A stretch of 44,973 bases of DNA from an uncultured bacterium. Its GTDB lineage: Bacteria > Planctomycetota > Planctomycetia > Gemmatales > HRBIN36. Each line of letters starts with the position of its first letter. Position 1 is the first letter of the stretch. Shown in pieces: positions 24,796 through 34,200 of the stretch. The stretch spans positions 1 through 44,973 of the forward strand of contig CALLZJ010000359.1 in NCBI GenBank assembly GCA_937858435.1, read 5' to 3'. The notes under the pieces were generated by a model, which saw only the letters and a list, made by a program, of their open reading frames with translations, was not told the origin of the DNA and made no database searches. The position numbers and the translations under genes were made by a program.

Positions 24796-27183
24796 ATGGC
24801 CGCCGCGAAGTTCGCCTGTCCGGCTTGTCGAGCGGTTCTCCAACTGAGCAAGACGCCGCCGGCCGGGGCCAAGATCCGGTGTCCCAAGTGCAACTCGGTG
24901 TTCACGGTGCGTGTGCCGGCCCGACCGGCCGCCGTGCCCGCCGGGGCTGGAGCCGGAGCTGGGGCCCGTCCTGCCGGGGGTGGTGCGTCGCTCAAGCTCA
25001 AGGAGCCCGGGGGCACGCCGCCGCCGCGTCCCGCCGCCCGGCCCGCGCCGCCGCCGCCTCCGCCACCTGCCCGGGCTTCGTCCGCCAAACTGCGGACCGC
25101 GCCGCCGCCCACCCCAGAACCGCCGGTGGACGAGTATGACGATGAGCCGGCCCCCAGGCCGAAGAAGCCCAAGAAGAAGGCCGCCAGCCGTGAAGCCACG
25201 CTGATCGGCGTCTTCATCGGCCTGGGCGCTTTGCTGCTCGTGATTGTGGTCGTCGTGGTCGTCATTCTCTTCACGGGGGGCGACAAGGGATCGCAGTTCT
25301 CGGTAGACGAAAAGCGCCAGCAGGAGATGGATGAGTTTCTCCGCAACCGGGGAACTGGGAGAGGTTCACCAACGCAGAATCAGCAGGCGCCGCCGAACAA
25401 CAACAACGACGGCAATCCCAGTGGCGGGGGCGGAGGCTTTGGCAATCCTTCGGGCAGCGGCTTCGATGCACCCCAACGCGGCGGTCCGGGCAATCCTCTT
25501 CTCTCGCAAAACAACCCGCCGCGCGGCGTTGCGACCGGCGGCAGTAGCGGCAACCCCTTTAGCAATCTCAACGTGGGCTCCTTGGCTGCGCGCACGCCCC
25601 AAGACCTCGAGGTCTTGAGCCTGCTGCCGCCGGGTGCCGAAGTCTTGCAGTTTCTGGACGTGGCGGCCTTGGGGCAGGCCCCGGCGCTGCGCGACTGGTT
25701 CTGGAACGCACTTGCCGCCGATCAGCTTGTGGGCAAGGACCATCCCATCGCCCGGGTGTTCGCCCAGTTTCCGCCTGACACCATCGACTACATCCTGGAA
25801 GCCACGCGCACGCGCGGCCTGATGGGCGTCTTTTCAAATCCCGCCCAGGCCACCTCGGCCATCGAGTACCAGGCCCGGGTGTTCCACATGAAGCAACGGA
25901 TCGACCGGGACAACCTCTTGGTGGCCGTGCGGGCCGATCCCGGTCCCAATGTCTCGGGGTTCTCTTGCCTGCGGTTGGGCAGCGCGGACCTGGCCGGTAC
26001 GAAGTTTCACTCCTTCTTGCTCTTCCCCGAAGAGGATGATCGCACGGTCATCGTGGCCATTTCCCAGAAGGACGATCCCGGTGCCTTGGTCCGAGGCGGC
26101 TTGACGTCGACGCAGCAGTCGCTCTTGGTCAACGTCGAACCGAGCCACTTCTGGGTGTCCGCCTCGCTGGAAGGGGTCAAGCCACTCCTGTCCATGGCGG
26201 GCATGGCCACCGGCAATATGCCACCCGATTGGGCGGATGACCTCAAGCCCATCCTGGCGGAAATGCCAAGGGCTCAAGGGCTGGTCTTCAGCGTGCGGAT
26301 GCAGAACAACGTCCTTCGGGGCCAGGTGGGGCTGACCTTCGATACGCCCGGTCCTAGTGCCGCGGTGTCGAGCAGCCTGAACTCGCTGTGGAACAGTAAG
26401 CTGCGTTCGTTGGTGCAAAGCGGTGCTGGCGAGAGCCAGATTGCCGGCGCCATCGCCCAGTCGACCCGCATCACCGTCCGCGGGTCGGCCGTCAATGTGA
26501 CCATGCAGGTCAGCAGTTCGGCCATGGCGTCCGACTTCCCAAAGATGGCCCGGGCGTTTGGGGAAGCGGCGGCCAGCATCGGCACGGCGACGGCCGGCAC
26601 CTTCGATCGGCCCGCCGACAGCCCCGCGCCGTCGCCCACCTCCCCGCGGCCGGTCGCCGCCAACGAGGACAACCCGCCGCCCACCGAGAGCTATCGTCCG
26701 GGTGGCGGCGGTCGTAGCCGCAGCAACCCGAACGCGCCCTACGGCCTGGAAGTCAACATGCGGGCTCCGGAACTGGAAGGCGCCGATGCCGACGGCAAGC
26801 GCTTCAAGCTCAGCGACTACCGCGGCAAGGTAGTGGTGCTCGACTTCTGGGGCTACTGGTGCCCCCCGTGCCGCAGCATGATCCCACACGGCCGCGACCT
26901 GGTCGAGCGGCTCAAGGATGCCCCCTTCGCCTTCCTCGGCGTCAACTCCGACCCGCTGCCCGAATACAATCGCTGGAAGCAACAGGAACCCATTACCTGG
27001 CGCTGCTTCATGGACAAGTCCACCCGCGGTCCCCTGACCAAGAAGTACGACATCAGTGCGTTTCCCACGCTCTTCCTGATTGATGGCAATGGGGTCATTC
27101 GCCATAAGTTCGTCGGTGTGCCGCCCAATGCCGTCTTCGACAAGGCGATCAACGATCTGATCGCCGAGTTGATGGGTGGCTAG
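24796..27183 (+). CDS. multidomain membrane protein (795 aa): N-terminal MJ0042-type zinc ribbon, Pro-rich linker, TM, unknown domain of about 450 aa, C-terminal TlpA-like thioredoxin
   Basis: FACPACRAVLQL...IRCPKCNSVFTV; TM LIGVFIGLGALLLVIVVVVVVILF; C-terminal LSDYRGKVVVLDFWGYWCPPCRSMIPH...FLGVNSD...FPTLFLIDGNGVIRHK. Confidence 0.8.
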   Translation: MAAAKFACPACRAVLQLSKTPPAGAKIRCPKCNSVFTVRVPARPAAVPAGAGAGAGARPAGGGASLKLKEPGGTPPPRPAARPAPPPPPPPARASSAKLRTAPPPTPEPPVDEYDDEPAPRPKKPKKKAASREATLIGVFIGLGALLLVIVVVVVVILFTGGDKGSQFSVDEKRQQEMDEFLRNRGTGRGSPTQNQQAPPNNNNDGNPSGGGGGFGNPSGSGFDAPQRGGPGNPLLSQNNPPRGVATGGSSGNPFSNLNVGSLAARTPQDLEVLSLLPPGAEVLQFLDVAALGQAPALRDWFWNALAADQLVGKDHPIARVFAQFPPDTIDYILEATRTRGLMGVFSNPAQATSAIEYQARVFHMKQRIDRDNLLVAVRADPGPNVSGFSCLRLGSADLAGTKFHSFLLFPEEDDRTVIVAISQKDDPGALVRGGLTSTQQSLLVNVEPSHFWVSASLEGVKPLLSMAGMATGNMPPDWADDLKPILAEMPRAQGLVFSVRMQNNVLRGQVGLTFDTPGPSAAVSSSLNSLWNSKLRSLVQSGAGESQIAGAIAQSTRITVRGSAVNVTMQVSSSAMASDFPKMARAFGEAAASIGTATAGTFDRPADSPAPSPTSPRPVAANEDNPPPTESYRPGGGGRSRSNPNAPYGLEVNMRAPELEGADADGKRFKLSDYRGKVVVLDFWGYWCPPCRSMIPHGRDLVERLKDAPFAFLGVNSDPLPEYNRWKQQEPITWRCFMDKSTRGPLTKKYDISAFPTLFLIDGNGVIRHKFVGVPPNAVFDKAINDLIAELMGG

Positions 27184-27259
27184 CCGTTAACCCCGCATCG
27201 TCAGCCCACGGTTGCCTTAGCCGTGGGCTGATTGCTTTCCCCCACCTGATAAGGAACGA

Positions 27260-28780
27260 ATGATGACGTGGCGGCTGCTGGGCGTGATCGCGTTGGCCGC
27301 GCTCGCGGGACTCGCAGGCCAGGGGCCGGCGGCTGACGCGGGCCGAACCCCGGTAAAGGTCGTCTATGAAGCCTGGTGGGACCGCCACGCTCCGAGCGGC
27401 AAGATCGGCTGGGCCCATCACCGCTCGGTGGAGGAGACGGTCGACGGCGTCACGCTCATTCGCACCACCCAGCGCGGTGCCATCAAGTACATCCGCAGCG
27501 GCGACCCCTACAGCGAAGAAGACTCCAACTGGTCGCTCGAACGGTCGGACGGCACCGTGGTTGAACTCGGCTACCGCTCGGCTCTGGGCAAGACGCAGTT
27601 CCTCACCGTCCGGGGGCGACCCGGCAGCGGGGCCATCCTCTTGCGTGTGCTCGGTGCGGATGGCGAAAGCTCAGTCTACTCCGCCGAGAAGCCCTGGGCC
27701 GATGACGCCCTGGGGCTCTATGCCCAAGAGCGGTTCCTCGAAGGCCGGCGCCTCGATCCGGGCAACACCTTCAGCTACCGCTTCTTCCAAGGGTCGCTCA
27801 ACGAGTGTGTTTCGACCACGATCACCGTCCTGGGGCCCCAGAAGACGCTGGTCCGCGGCGTGGAACGGGAATTGATCGCCGCTCGGCAGACCTTCCAGAA
27901 AGAACTCTACTACGACCCCATCACGCTCTACATCGACCCGCTCACCGGACAGACGGTGAAGACCGAGGAAGACTCGGCGACCTTCGGCAAGGTGGTACAA
28001 GAGCTAGTGCCGCGTGACGTGGCCTTGGCCGCCTATGCCGGCGACGTGAAGGACGTCGAGGCACCGATCGAGATCGACAAGCCGCTGAGTTTCCGGCGCG
28101 GGCCACCGCGTGAACTGCGGGTGCGCGTGCAGCACAGCAGCGACGACGACCTGGCCACGCTTTTCCCGCAGGACAGCCGCCAGCGCCTGCTCGGGGTCAC
28201 GGAGGAGGGGGTCGAACTCAAGCTGCTGGCCCGAGCCGACCCGGAGGCTGAGCCGCCAGCCCAGCCGCCGCCCGGCCCCGAGTTCCTGGCCAGTAACTTC
28301 TACATCCGCAGCGACGACGAGCAGGTCATCAAGCATGCCCGTGAAGCGGTCGCCGACACGACCGCGCCGCGCCGGCAGATGCGGCTCATCCGCCAATGGG
28401 TGCGACGCAAGGTGAAGGGCGATTACGAAGTCCCCTTCGCCACTGCGGATGAGGTGGCCCGGACGCTCGAGGGCGACTGTACCGAGATGGGCGTGCTGGC
28501 CGCCGCCATGGGCCGAGCCGTGGGCATTCCCACCCGGGTGGCCTTCGGGCTGGTCTACGATCCGGAGAATCCCGGCTTCGGCGGCCATCTTTGGACCGAA
28601 GCCTTTGTCGAGGGGCGCTGGGAAATCTTCGACGCCACCGGCGTCGTGCATCAGTTGGGAGCGGCCTACCTCAAGATCGGCGATTACAGCATGAAGGACA
28701 TGCTGGGACCGGACGAGGCCGTGGCTGTCCGCCGGGCCTTCGCTGGCCGCATGAAGGTCACCGTCCTCGAAGCCAAGTAG
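27260..28780 (+). CDS. secreted transglutaminase-like protein (506 aa)
   Basis: Signal peptide MMTWRLLGVIALAALAGLAGQG. C-terminal transglutaminase core LEGDCTEMGVLAAAMGRAVGIPTRVAFGLVY...GGHLWTEAFVEGRWEIFDAT (Cys-His-Asp). Confidence 0.8.
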   Translation: MMTWRLLGVIALAALAGLAGQGPAADAGRTPVKVVYEAWWDRHAPSGKIGWAHHRSVEETVDGVTLIRTTQRGAIKYIRSGDPYSEEDSNWSLERSDGTVVELGYRSALGKTQFLTVRGRPGSGAILLRVLGADGESSVYSAEKPWADDALGLYAQERFLEGRRLDPGNTFSYRFFQGSLNECVSTTITVLGPQKTLVRGVERELIAARQTFQKELYYDPITLYIDPLTGQTVKTEEDSATFGKVVQELVPRDVALAAYAGDVKDVEAPIEIDKPLSFRRGPPRELRVRVQHSSDDDLATLFPQDSRQRLLGVTEEGVELKLLARADPEAEPPAQPPPGPEFLASNFYIRSDDEQVIKHAREAVADTTAPRRQMRLIRQWVRRKVKGDYEVPFATADEVARTLEGDCTEMGVLAAAMGRAVGIPTRVAFGLVYDPENPGFGGHLWTEAFVEGRWEIFDATGVVHQLGAAYLKIGDYSMKDMLGPDEAVAVRRAFAGRMKVTVLEAK

Positions 28781-28800
28781 CCACGAGAAAAGGTCAGGTT

Positions 28801-29430
28801 ATGGCCCGCATTTTGCTCGGCGTCACGGGCTCGGTCGCGGCCATGCGGACGCCGTTGCTCGTGGGCGCACTGGCGGAGGCGGGTCATGAGGGCAAGGTGC
28901 TCGCCACCGAGCCGGCCCGCTACTTCTTCGATGCGGCCGAGTTGCCCTCAGGCGTGCTGCACACCGAGGCCGACGAATGGCCCCGCCGGGCGGCCGGAAC
29001 CCCCTTCCAGCGCGAAGACCCGGTGCTCCACATCGAGCTGCGGCGTTGGGCCGAACTCTTGCTAATTGCCCCGCTCGATGCCAACACGCTGGCTAAGCTG
29101 GCGCTGGGGCTCGCGGACAATGCCCTGACCTGCGTCTGGCGGGCCTGGGACCCGGAGCGACCTTGCCTCCTCGCTCCCGCCATGAACACGCTCATGTGGG
29201 ACCACCCGCTCACCCGCTGGCACCTCTGGCTCTTGCTCGAACAGTTTAGATTGCCCAGCCCCCGCTCGGAACTCAGCCCCGAGGAACTGGTCGCGCTCAT
29301 CAACGAGCAGTCGCAGAGGCTGCGCTTCGTGGGCCCGATCGCCAAGCACCTGGCCTGTGGCGACGTGGGCATGGGTGGCATGGCCGAGGTGGCCGACATC
29401 GTGTCCGACGTCACCGCCACACTGGGCTAG
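28801..29430 (+). CDS. coaC: monofunctional phosphopantothenoylcysteine decarboxylase-type flavoprotein (HFCD family, 209 aa)
   Basis: ILLGVTGSVAA, IAPLDANTLAKLALGLADNALT, APAMNTLMWDHPLT (PxMNxxMW), LACGDVGMGGMAEV (substrate clamp Cys). No CoaB domain is attached. Confidence 0.8.
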   Translation: MARILLGVTGSVAAMRTPLLVGALAEAGHEGKVLATEPARYFFDAAELPSGVLHTEADEWPRRAAGTPFQREDPVLHIELRRWAELLLIAPLDANTLAKLALGLADNALTCVWRAWDPERPCLLAPAMNTLMWDHPLTRWHLWLLLEQFRLPSPRSELSPEELVALINEQSQRLRFVGPIAKHLACGDVGMGGMAEVADIVSDVTATLG

Positions 29431-30914
29431 TCGGCCCCAGCTTTCCTGTCCACGCTGCTGTCCGGCCGTACCTGCTTTAGCCACTCATGCCATTCCGCCT
29501 CGATGGCGGGCAGAGGCATCCCCACCAGCGACGTGAACGGGGCGACTTTGTCCGACTCGGTGCCCGCAATCCGGGCATAGCGATCCAGGTCTGCCAGCGG
29601 CGTGGTCCGGTGAATGACCAGCCAGTGGGAGAGGGCCCAGGCGGCCACAAAGTAGCGGTCGGCCCGCAGCGTCTGGGTCAGATGGCCAACCTGGAAAACT
29701 CGCGGGTCGTCTCGGAGGATGGACTCCAGGCTCGGCAGTTCGCCCCGCTTCAGCATCTCCTTAGCAGCCTGGAGGCGCTCTGCATCCAGCTTGCCCCAAC
29801 GCACTGCGCCGGCTTCCAGGACTACCGTCTCGAACATCTGGGCAAGCCCCTCGTTGAGCCAACGTGGGAGAGCGTGGCTTGCCGTGGGATAGACGGCCGT
29901 GTCCACCAAGGCATGGAGCGCTTCATGGAAGAGCACGGCGAAGAAACTCGCCTTCATACGTTCGAACAGGGCTTCGTTCTCCCCCGCCAGGGCGAGCACC
30001 TTCAGACGCTGGTCGCGGGACCGGGCGATGAGGTCGAATGGCACGGAAGAGCCGAAGTGCCGACGAAGCTTCGCTTCATAGTCATCCAGCTCGGCGAGCT
30101 TGGCCTTGTGCCGCTGCTGAACCGTGTTCAGCTCCGCGGCCAGGCGGTCCAACTCGCAGACGGCCACCAGTTCCTTCCGCTGCGGATCGTAACAGGCGGG
30201 ATTGAGGATCCGGAGCCGGCGCCGCCGTTGCCAGGCGGCGTAGTCCTCCCAGCGTGTGAGTACGACGACCTCGATCGGCTTCAGGGCATCGGAGGCCAAC
30301 TCGAATCGGGTGGCGGCGGCCAGGAGCAACTCCTCGAGCCGGACCGCGATCAGCCGCAGCGTCTCCGGCTCGGCATCGGAGGTGATGCGGCAGGTACGGC
30401 CCTCATAGCGTCGGCCGGCCGGCAGACCATCCTGAGCGGGCACGTCGGTCAAGGTGACGGCGGCGACGCGCTCTGCTTCTCGGAGGCCGGCCGTCGCCAA
30501 GCGTTCCAGAAAGGCCGTCGCTTGCTGGCGTTCGGTGAGCGGCAAGCGTTCGATGCGGTCGATCTCTTCGGACTCGTAAGAAGCATCGATGGTCTGCGTG
30601 CGCGCGCCGGGACGGCGGAGGACGATCTTGAAACGGACGAGGCCCGCCGTCTCGGAGACGATCACGCCTTCGAACTCCGTGCCGTCCTTGAGGACGAGGC
30701 GATCGAGCTTGAAGTCGTCGATGGAGGCAAGGGGCGGCGTTGGCGTGGCAGGCTGGTTCGGCGTAGGCGTGGTGGGCGCTGTCGGCGTGGGGGAGCGCGA
30801 GGCCGGCGCCGTCGGCGCGGGCGTCGGTGCTTGGGCAAGCACTTGGGAGAGTGCTGCGAGTCCAACCAGGATGGCCAGACTGGCCAGGGTAAGCCGCTCG
30901 TGCCGCTTGGCCAT
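29427..30914 (-). CDS. secreted DUF1570-like putative metallopeptidase (495 aa)
   Basis: Signal MAKRHERLTLASLAILVGLAALSQVLA, PT-rich linker, HExxH (FHEALHAL) followed by RWLNEGLAQMFE. The stop overlaps the coaC stop (CTAG). Confidence 0.7.
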   Translation of the reverse strand: MAKRHERLTLASLAILVGLAALSQVLAQAPTPAPTAPASRSPTPTAPTTPTPNQPATPTPPLASIDDFKLDRLVLKDGTEFEGVIVSETAGLVRFKIVLRRPGARTQTIDASYESEEIDRIERLPLTERQQATAFLERLATAGLREAERVAAVTLTDVPAQDGLPAGRRYEGRTCRITSDAEPETLRLIAVRLEELLLAAATRFELASDALKPIEVVVLTRWEDYAAWQRRRRLRILNPACYDPQRKELVAVCELDRLAAELNTVQQRHKAKLAELDDYEAKLRRHFGSSVPFDLIARSRDQRLKVLALAGENEALFERMKASFFAVLFHEALHALVDTAVYPTASHALPRWLNEGLAQMFETVVLEAGAVRWGKLDAERLQAAKEMLKRGELPSLESILRDDPRVFQVGHLTQTLRADRYFVAAWALSHWLVIHRTTPLADLDRYARIAGTESDKVAPFTSLVGMPLPAIEAEWHEWLKQVRPDSSVDRKAGAD

Positions 30915-31019
30915 GTTGTGTTCCTCGCCTGCGCCCCGGTCTCTTACCTCCATTGAAACGCAGAGCGCGAGCGGAAGCCAGGGTTAGCGGCGGAAACCGA
31001 AAAAAATGGCGTCTTCGTC

Positions 31020-31047
31020 TTGACCGTTGACGATGTGAAGCTATGTT
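31020..31047 (+). promoter_or_regulatory. candidate sigma-70-type promoter upstream of the secretin gene
   Basis: TTGACC-N16-TATGTT lies in the 307-nt divergent intergenic region, about 175 nt upstream of the GTG start. Confidence 0.2.
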
Positions 31048-31221
31048 CCGCGGCCACGCGCTGGTTTCATGCGCCGCAATCGGCACAGCGGGTGGGCGGC
31101 AAGGAAGCCGCATCCTGCGGATCGAGTACACGCTGGACCGCTTGTCACCGGCCATCCCCGCGGGGGGGACTCGAGGGACGCCGGCGGGGAACAAGACAAC
31201 GGGACGCGAAAGGAGGCTGGG

Positions 31222-34200
31222 GTGAAAAGGGCTTTGTTCGTAGCCTGGCTCAGCGGCATGGGTCTGGTGGGGATTGGCCCCGACCGCCTGGCCGCGCAAT
31301 CGACGGACGCACCGGGCGGCGCTGAAGCCCGGCCCGTCAAGCCGCGCACCGCGCTGGAGATGGGTCGCAACGCCTTCTACAAGGGCGAGTTCGAAATGGC
31401 CGACGTCTACCTGCGCCAGGCGCAGGAAGTGCGGCCCCAGCTCGCGCCGACCGAGCAGTCGGAACTCGACGCGCTCGTGAAGCGCAACGGGGAAGCGCTG
31501 AAGGGTCGGCTCGCCGCCCTCGATCTGATCAAGAAGGCCAGCGATGCGCTGAACGCGGGCCGCACTCGGGAAGCCGAGAGCCTCCTGCGCAGCCTCCAAG
31601 CCAACAAGTTCCTCAACGCCAACGATCGACAGGTCGTGGCCCAGCTCAACGACCAGCTCCGCAAGGGCGGAGCCAAGCCCGCGAGCCCGGTGACCGCGTC
31701 GAATCGGCCCACGCCGCAAAACCCGGACGCGCTGCTCGCCGAAGGCCGCAAGGCCCTCGAAGGCCGCGACTATGACCAGGCTGAAGCCCTGGCAATTCCC
31801 CCCATCCAGGGGGGTTTCTCCGCGGTGGGGCCCGGGAGCGATCCCCCCCAGAAGGTGCCCAAGGCCGTGCCCGCCGCTCGGCCCCGGGCGGCGCGCGCGG
31901 CCCAGGCTCCCGCCACGCCTGCTCCGACGGGTGATGCCCGTTCGACGGTGGCGCGGGAGAAGCTCAAGCAGGCGCATCAGTCGGTGCGGGCCGGCGACAC
32001 CGTGACCGCAGCCCGTCTGGTGCGTGAAGTCGAAGAAATGAAGGTCGCCTTCCTCTGGTCCGAGGAGCTGACCCCCGACAAGCTGAAGAACGAAATCGCC
32101 AAGGTCGAAGCCCGCAACGTCCAGCAGGCTGGCATGGTGCAGCAAGCTCCGTCCCAGCCGGCCGCGCCGCCGGGTGCCGACGCCCGGATGCTGGTCCGCG
32201 AAGCCAAGAAGGCGCTCGACGCCGGCGACCTCGATCGGGCGGAAGAACTGGCCCGCCAGGCCCGGCTCCAGCCGACGAGCTGGAGTCTCTTCGAAGAGAC
32301 CGCTGACGGCATGCTCGCCGAAGTCGCCAAGGCCCGCGAGCAGGTCAACAGCAAGCGCGCCGGTGAACTGCTCACCCAGGCCCGCCGGCTGGTCGAGCAG
32401 GGCATGTTCGACGAAGCCGAGAAGCTGACCTACCAGGCCGAAGCGCTCCGCCGCAGCTACCCGATCTGGTATCGGGGCGAGCGGCCGGACCGCCTCCGGG
32501 CCGAGATCACGACCAAACGCCGCACGACGACCCGGCCGCAACTGCCGCCGCTGCTCGATCCGGCGACGGCCCGTGGCCCGGCTCCGAGCCCGACCAGCCC
32601 GACCACTCCGAATCTGACGGCCACCGCCCAGACTGACCCGCGTCAGGTCCAGGCCGCTGGCATGCTGACTCAGGCCCGCGTCCACCTGAACCGGGGCGAG
32701 TACAAGGCCGCCATCGATCTGGCCCAGCAGGTCCAGGCGATGAACGTCACCCTCGCTGCCGGCAGCGACAGCCCCGATGCCATCATCAAGGCGGTGCAGG
32801 TCTCGATGGGATATGCTCAGCAGCAGGAAAATCCGGCCCAGGGCGAAGTGGCCCGCCGCCAGGCCCTGCAGCTCATCGCCGAGGCCCGGCTGCAGATGCG
32901 GAACGAGAACATCGTTGCCGCCCAGCAGTTGGTCGCCAAGGCCCAGTCCATCGGCGCCTATTTCCAGCCGACGGACGACACCCCCGAGCGGGTGCTGACC
33001 GAACTGCGGCAGAAGGCCGCCGCTCAGGTGAAGACCTACTCCGACGCCGCCCGGACGCTGATCGAGCGCGGCGAAGCCAAGAAGGCCGAAGCCTACATCG
33101 CCTACGTCCAGAAGGTGGGCGGTTCCTTCAGCATCGACACGACGGTGGTCGTGGGCGATCTGCAGCAGAAGTTGTCGGCGACCGTGGTCGCCCAGGTGAC
33201 TCCGCCGCAGGCCCCGACCATGCCATCGGTTTCGGCTCCGCCCGCCCCGGCCGCTCCGGTCGTGGTGAGCGAGGCGCCGGCCGCGCCGCCGGCTCCGCCG
33301 GCCGTGGCTCAGGCCGCACCGTCGACGCCGCCGACTGCGGAACCCGCTCCGGCGGCTCCGAGCAGCCCGGTTGCCAGCAGCGTGCCGACGCCGGCGATGC
33401 CCGAAGCGCCAACGATGCCGGAAGTGCCCACGGCTCCGTCCGTGGCTCCGAGTCCGGTGGCGGTCGCTCAGACCGCGCCCACCGCGCCGCCGGTCGCCGC
33501 TCCGGTCCAGGGTCAGCAGATGCTGGCCGAGGCCCAGGCGGCTCTGGAGCAGGGTAACATGACGCAAGCCCGCAAGCTGGCCGAGGCTGTCTTCATCGGC
33601 AGTCCGGAGCTGAAGGGCGCTGCCAACCAGATGCTGTCCGCGATCGACCTGGCGGAGGAAAAGCAGGCACACGACCGCGCTCGCATGACCTTCGAACAGT
33701 TCGTGCGTGCCTGCCAGCGGCAGGAATTCGAAGTGGCTCTGAGCTATGCTCACACGCTGGACGCCGGCAAGCTGGATCCGGCGAGCCGGGCCCAGTTCCA
33801 GGAACTGATGGCCTCGCGTGAACTGCAGCCGCGGGTGACGCAGGTCCAGGCGACCGAGTCGCATCCGGCCGTGGCCCAGGCCCAGCCTTCGCTTCCCAGC
33901 CCCGGAGTGGGTCAGCCGCCGGTCGACGACGGCATGGGCGAATTCCGGGCCCGGCAGGAAGTCGAGTTCCAGCGCCTCCGTGAAGTCAAGCGGCTGAGCG
34001 AGGTGAAGGCCAACCAGTTGGCGGGCAAGGGCGACCTGGACGGCGCTATCGCCGAACTCAAGGCCGTGCTCGCGGAGATCGACAAGGCCAGCATCGACCC
34101 CGAAATGAGCGCCAAGCTCGAGCGTCAGGTCAACGAGCGGCTGAACCGCTTCAAGATCATGGCCGAGCAGGTGGCCTTCGCCAAGATGCAGGAACGCCAG

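Noticed and set aside
25834-27105. 423-aa minus-strand ORF, plus the 203-aa ORF at 24735-25346
   Set aside because: Both are antisense to the zinc-ribbon/TlpA fusion, whose WCPPC thioredoxin and CxxC ribbon motifs identify the plus strand as coding.
29487-30956. 489-aa plus-strand ORF
   Set aside because: It is antisense to the DUF1570-like HExxH protein. It is Arg/Gly-rich and has no recognisable features.
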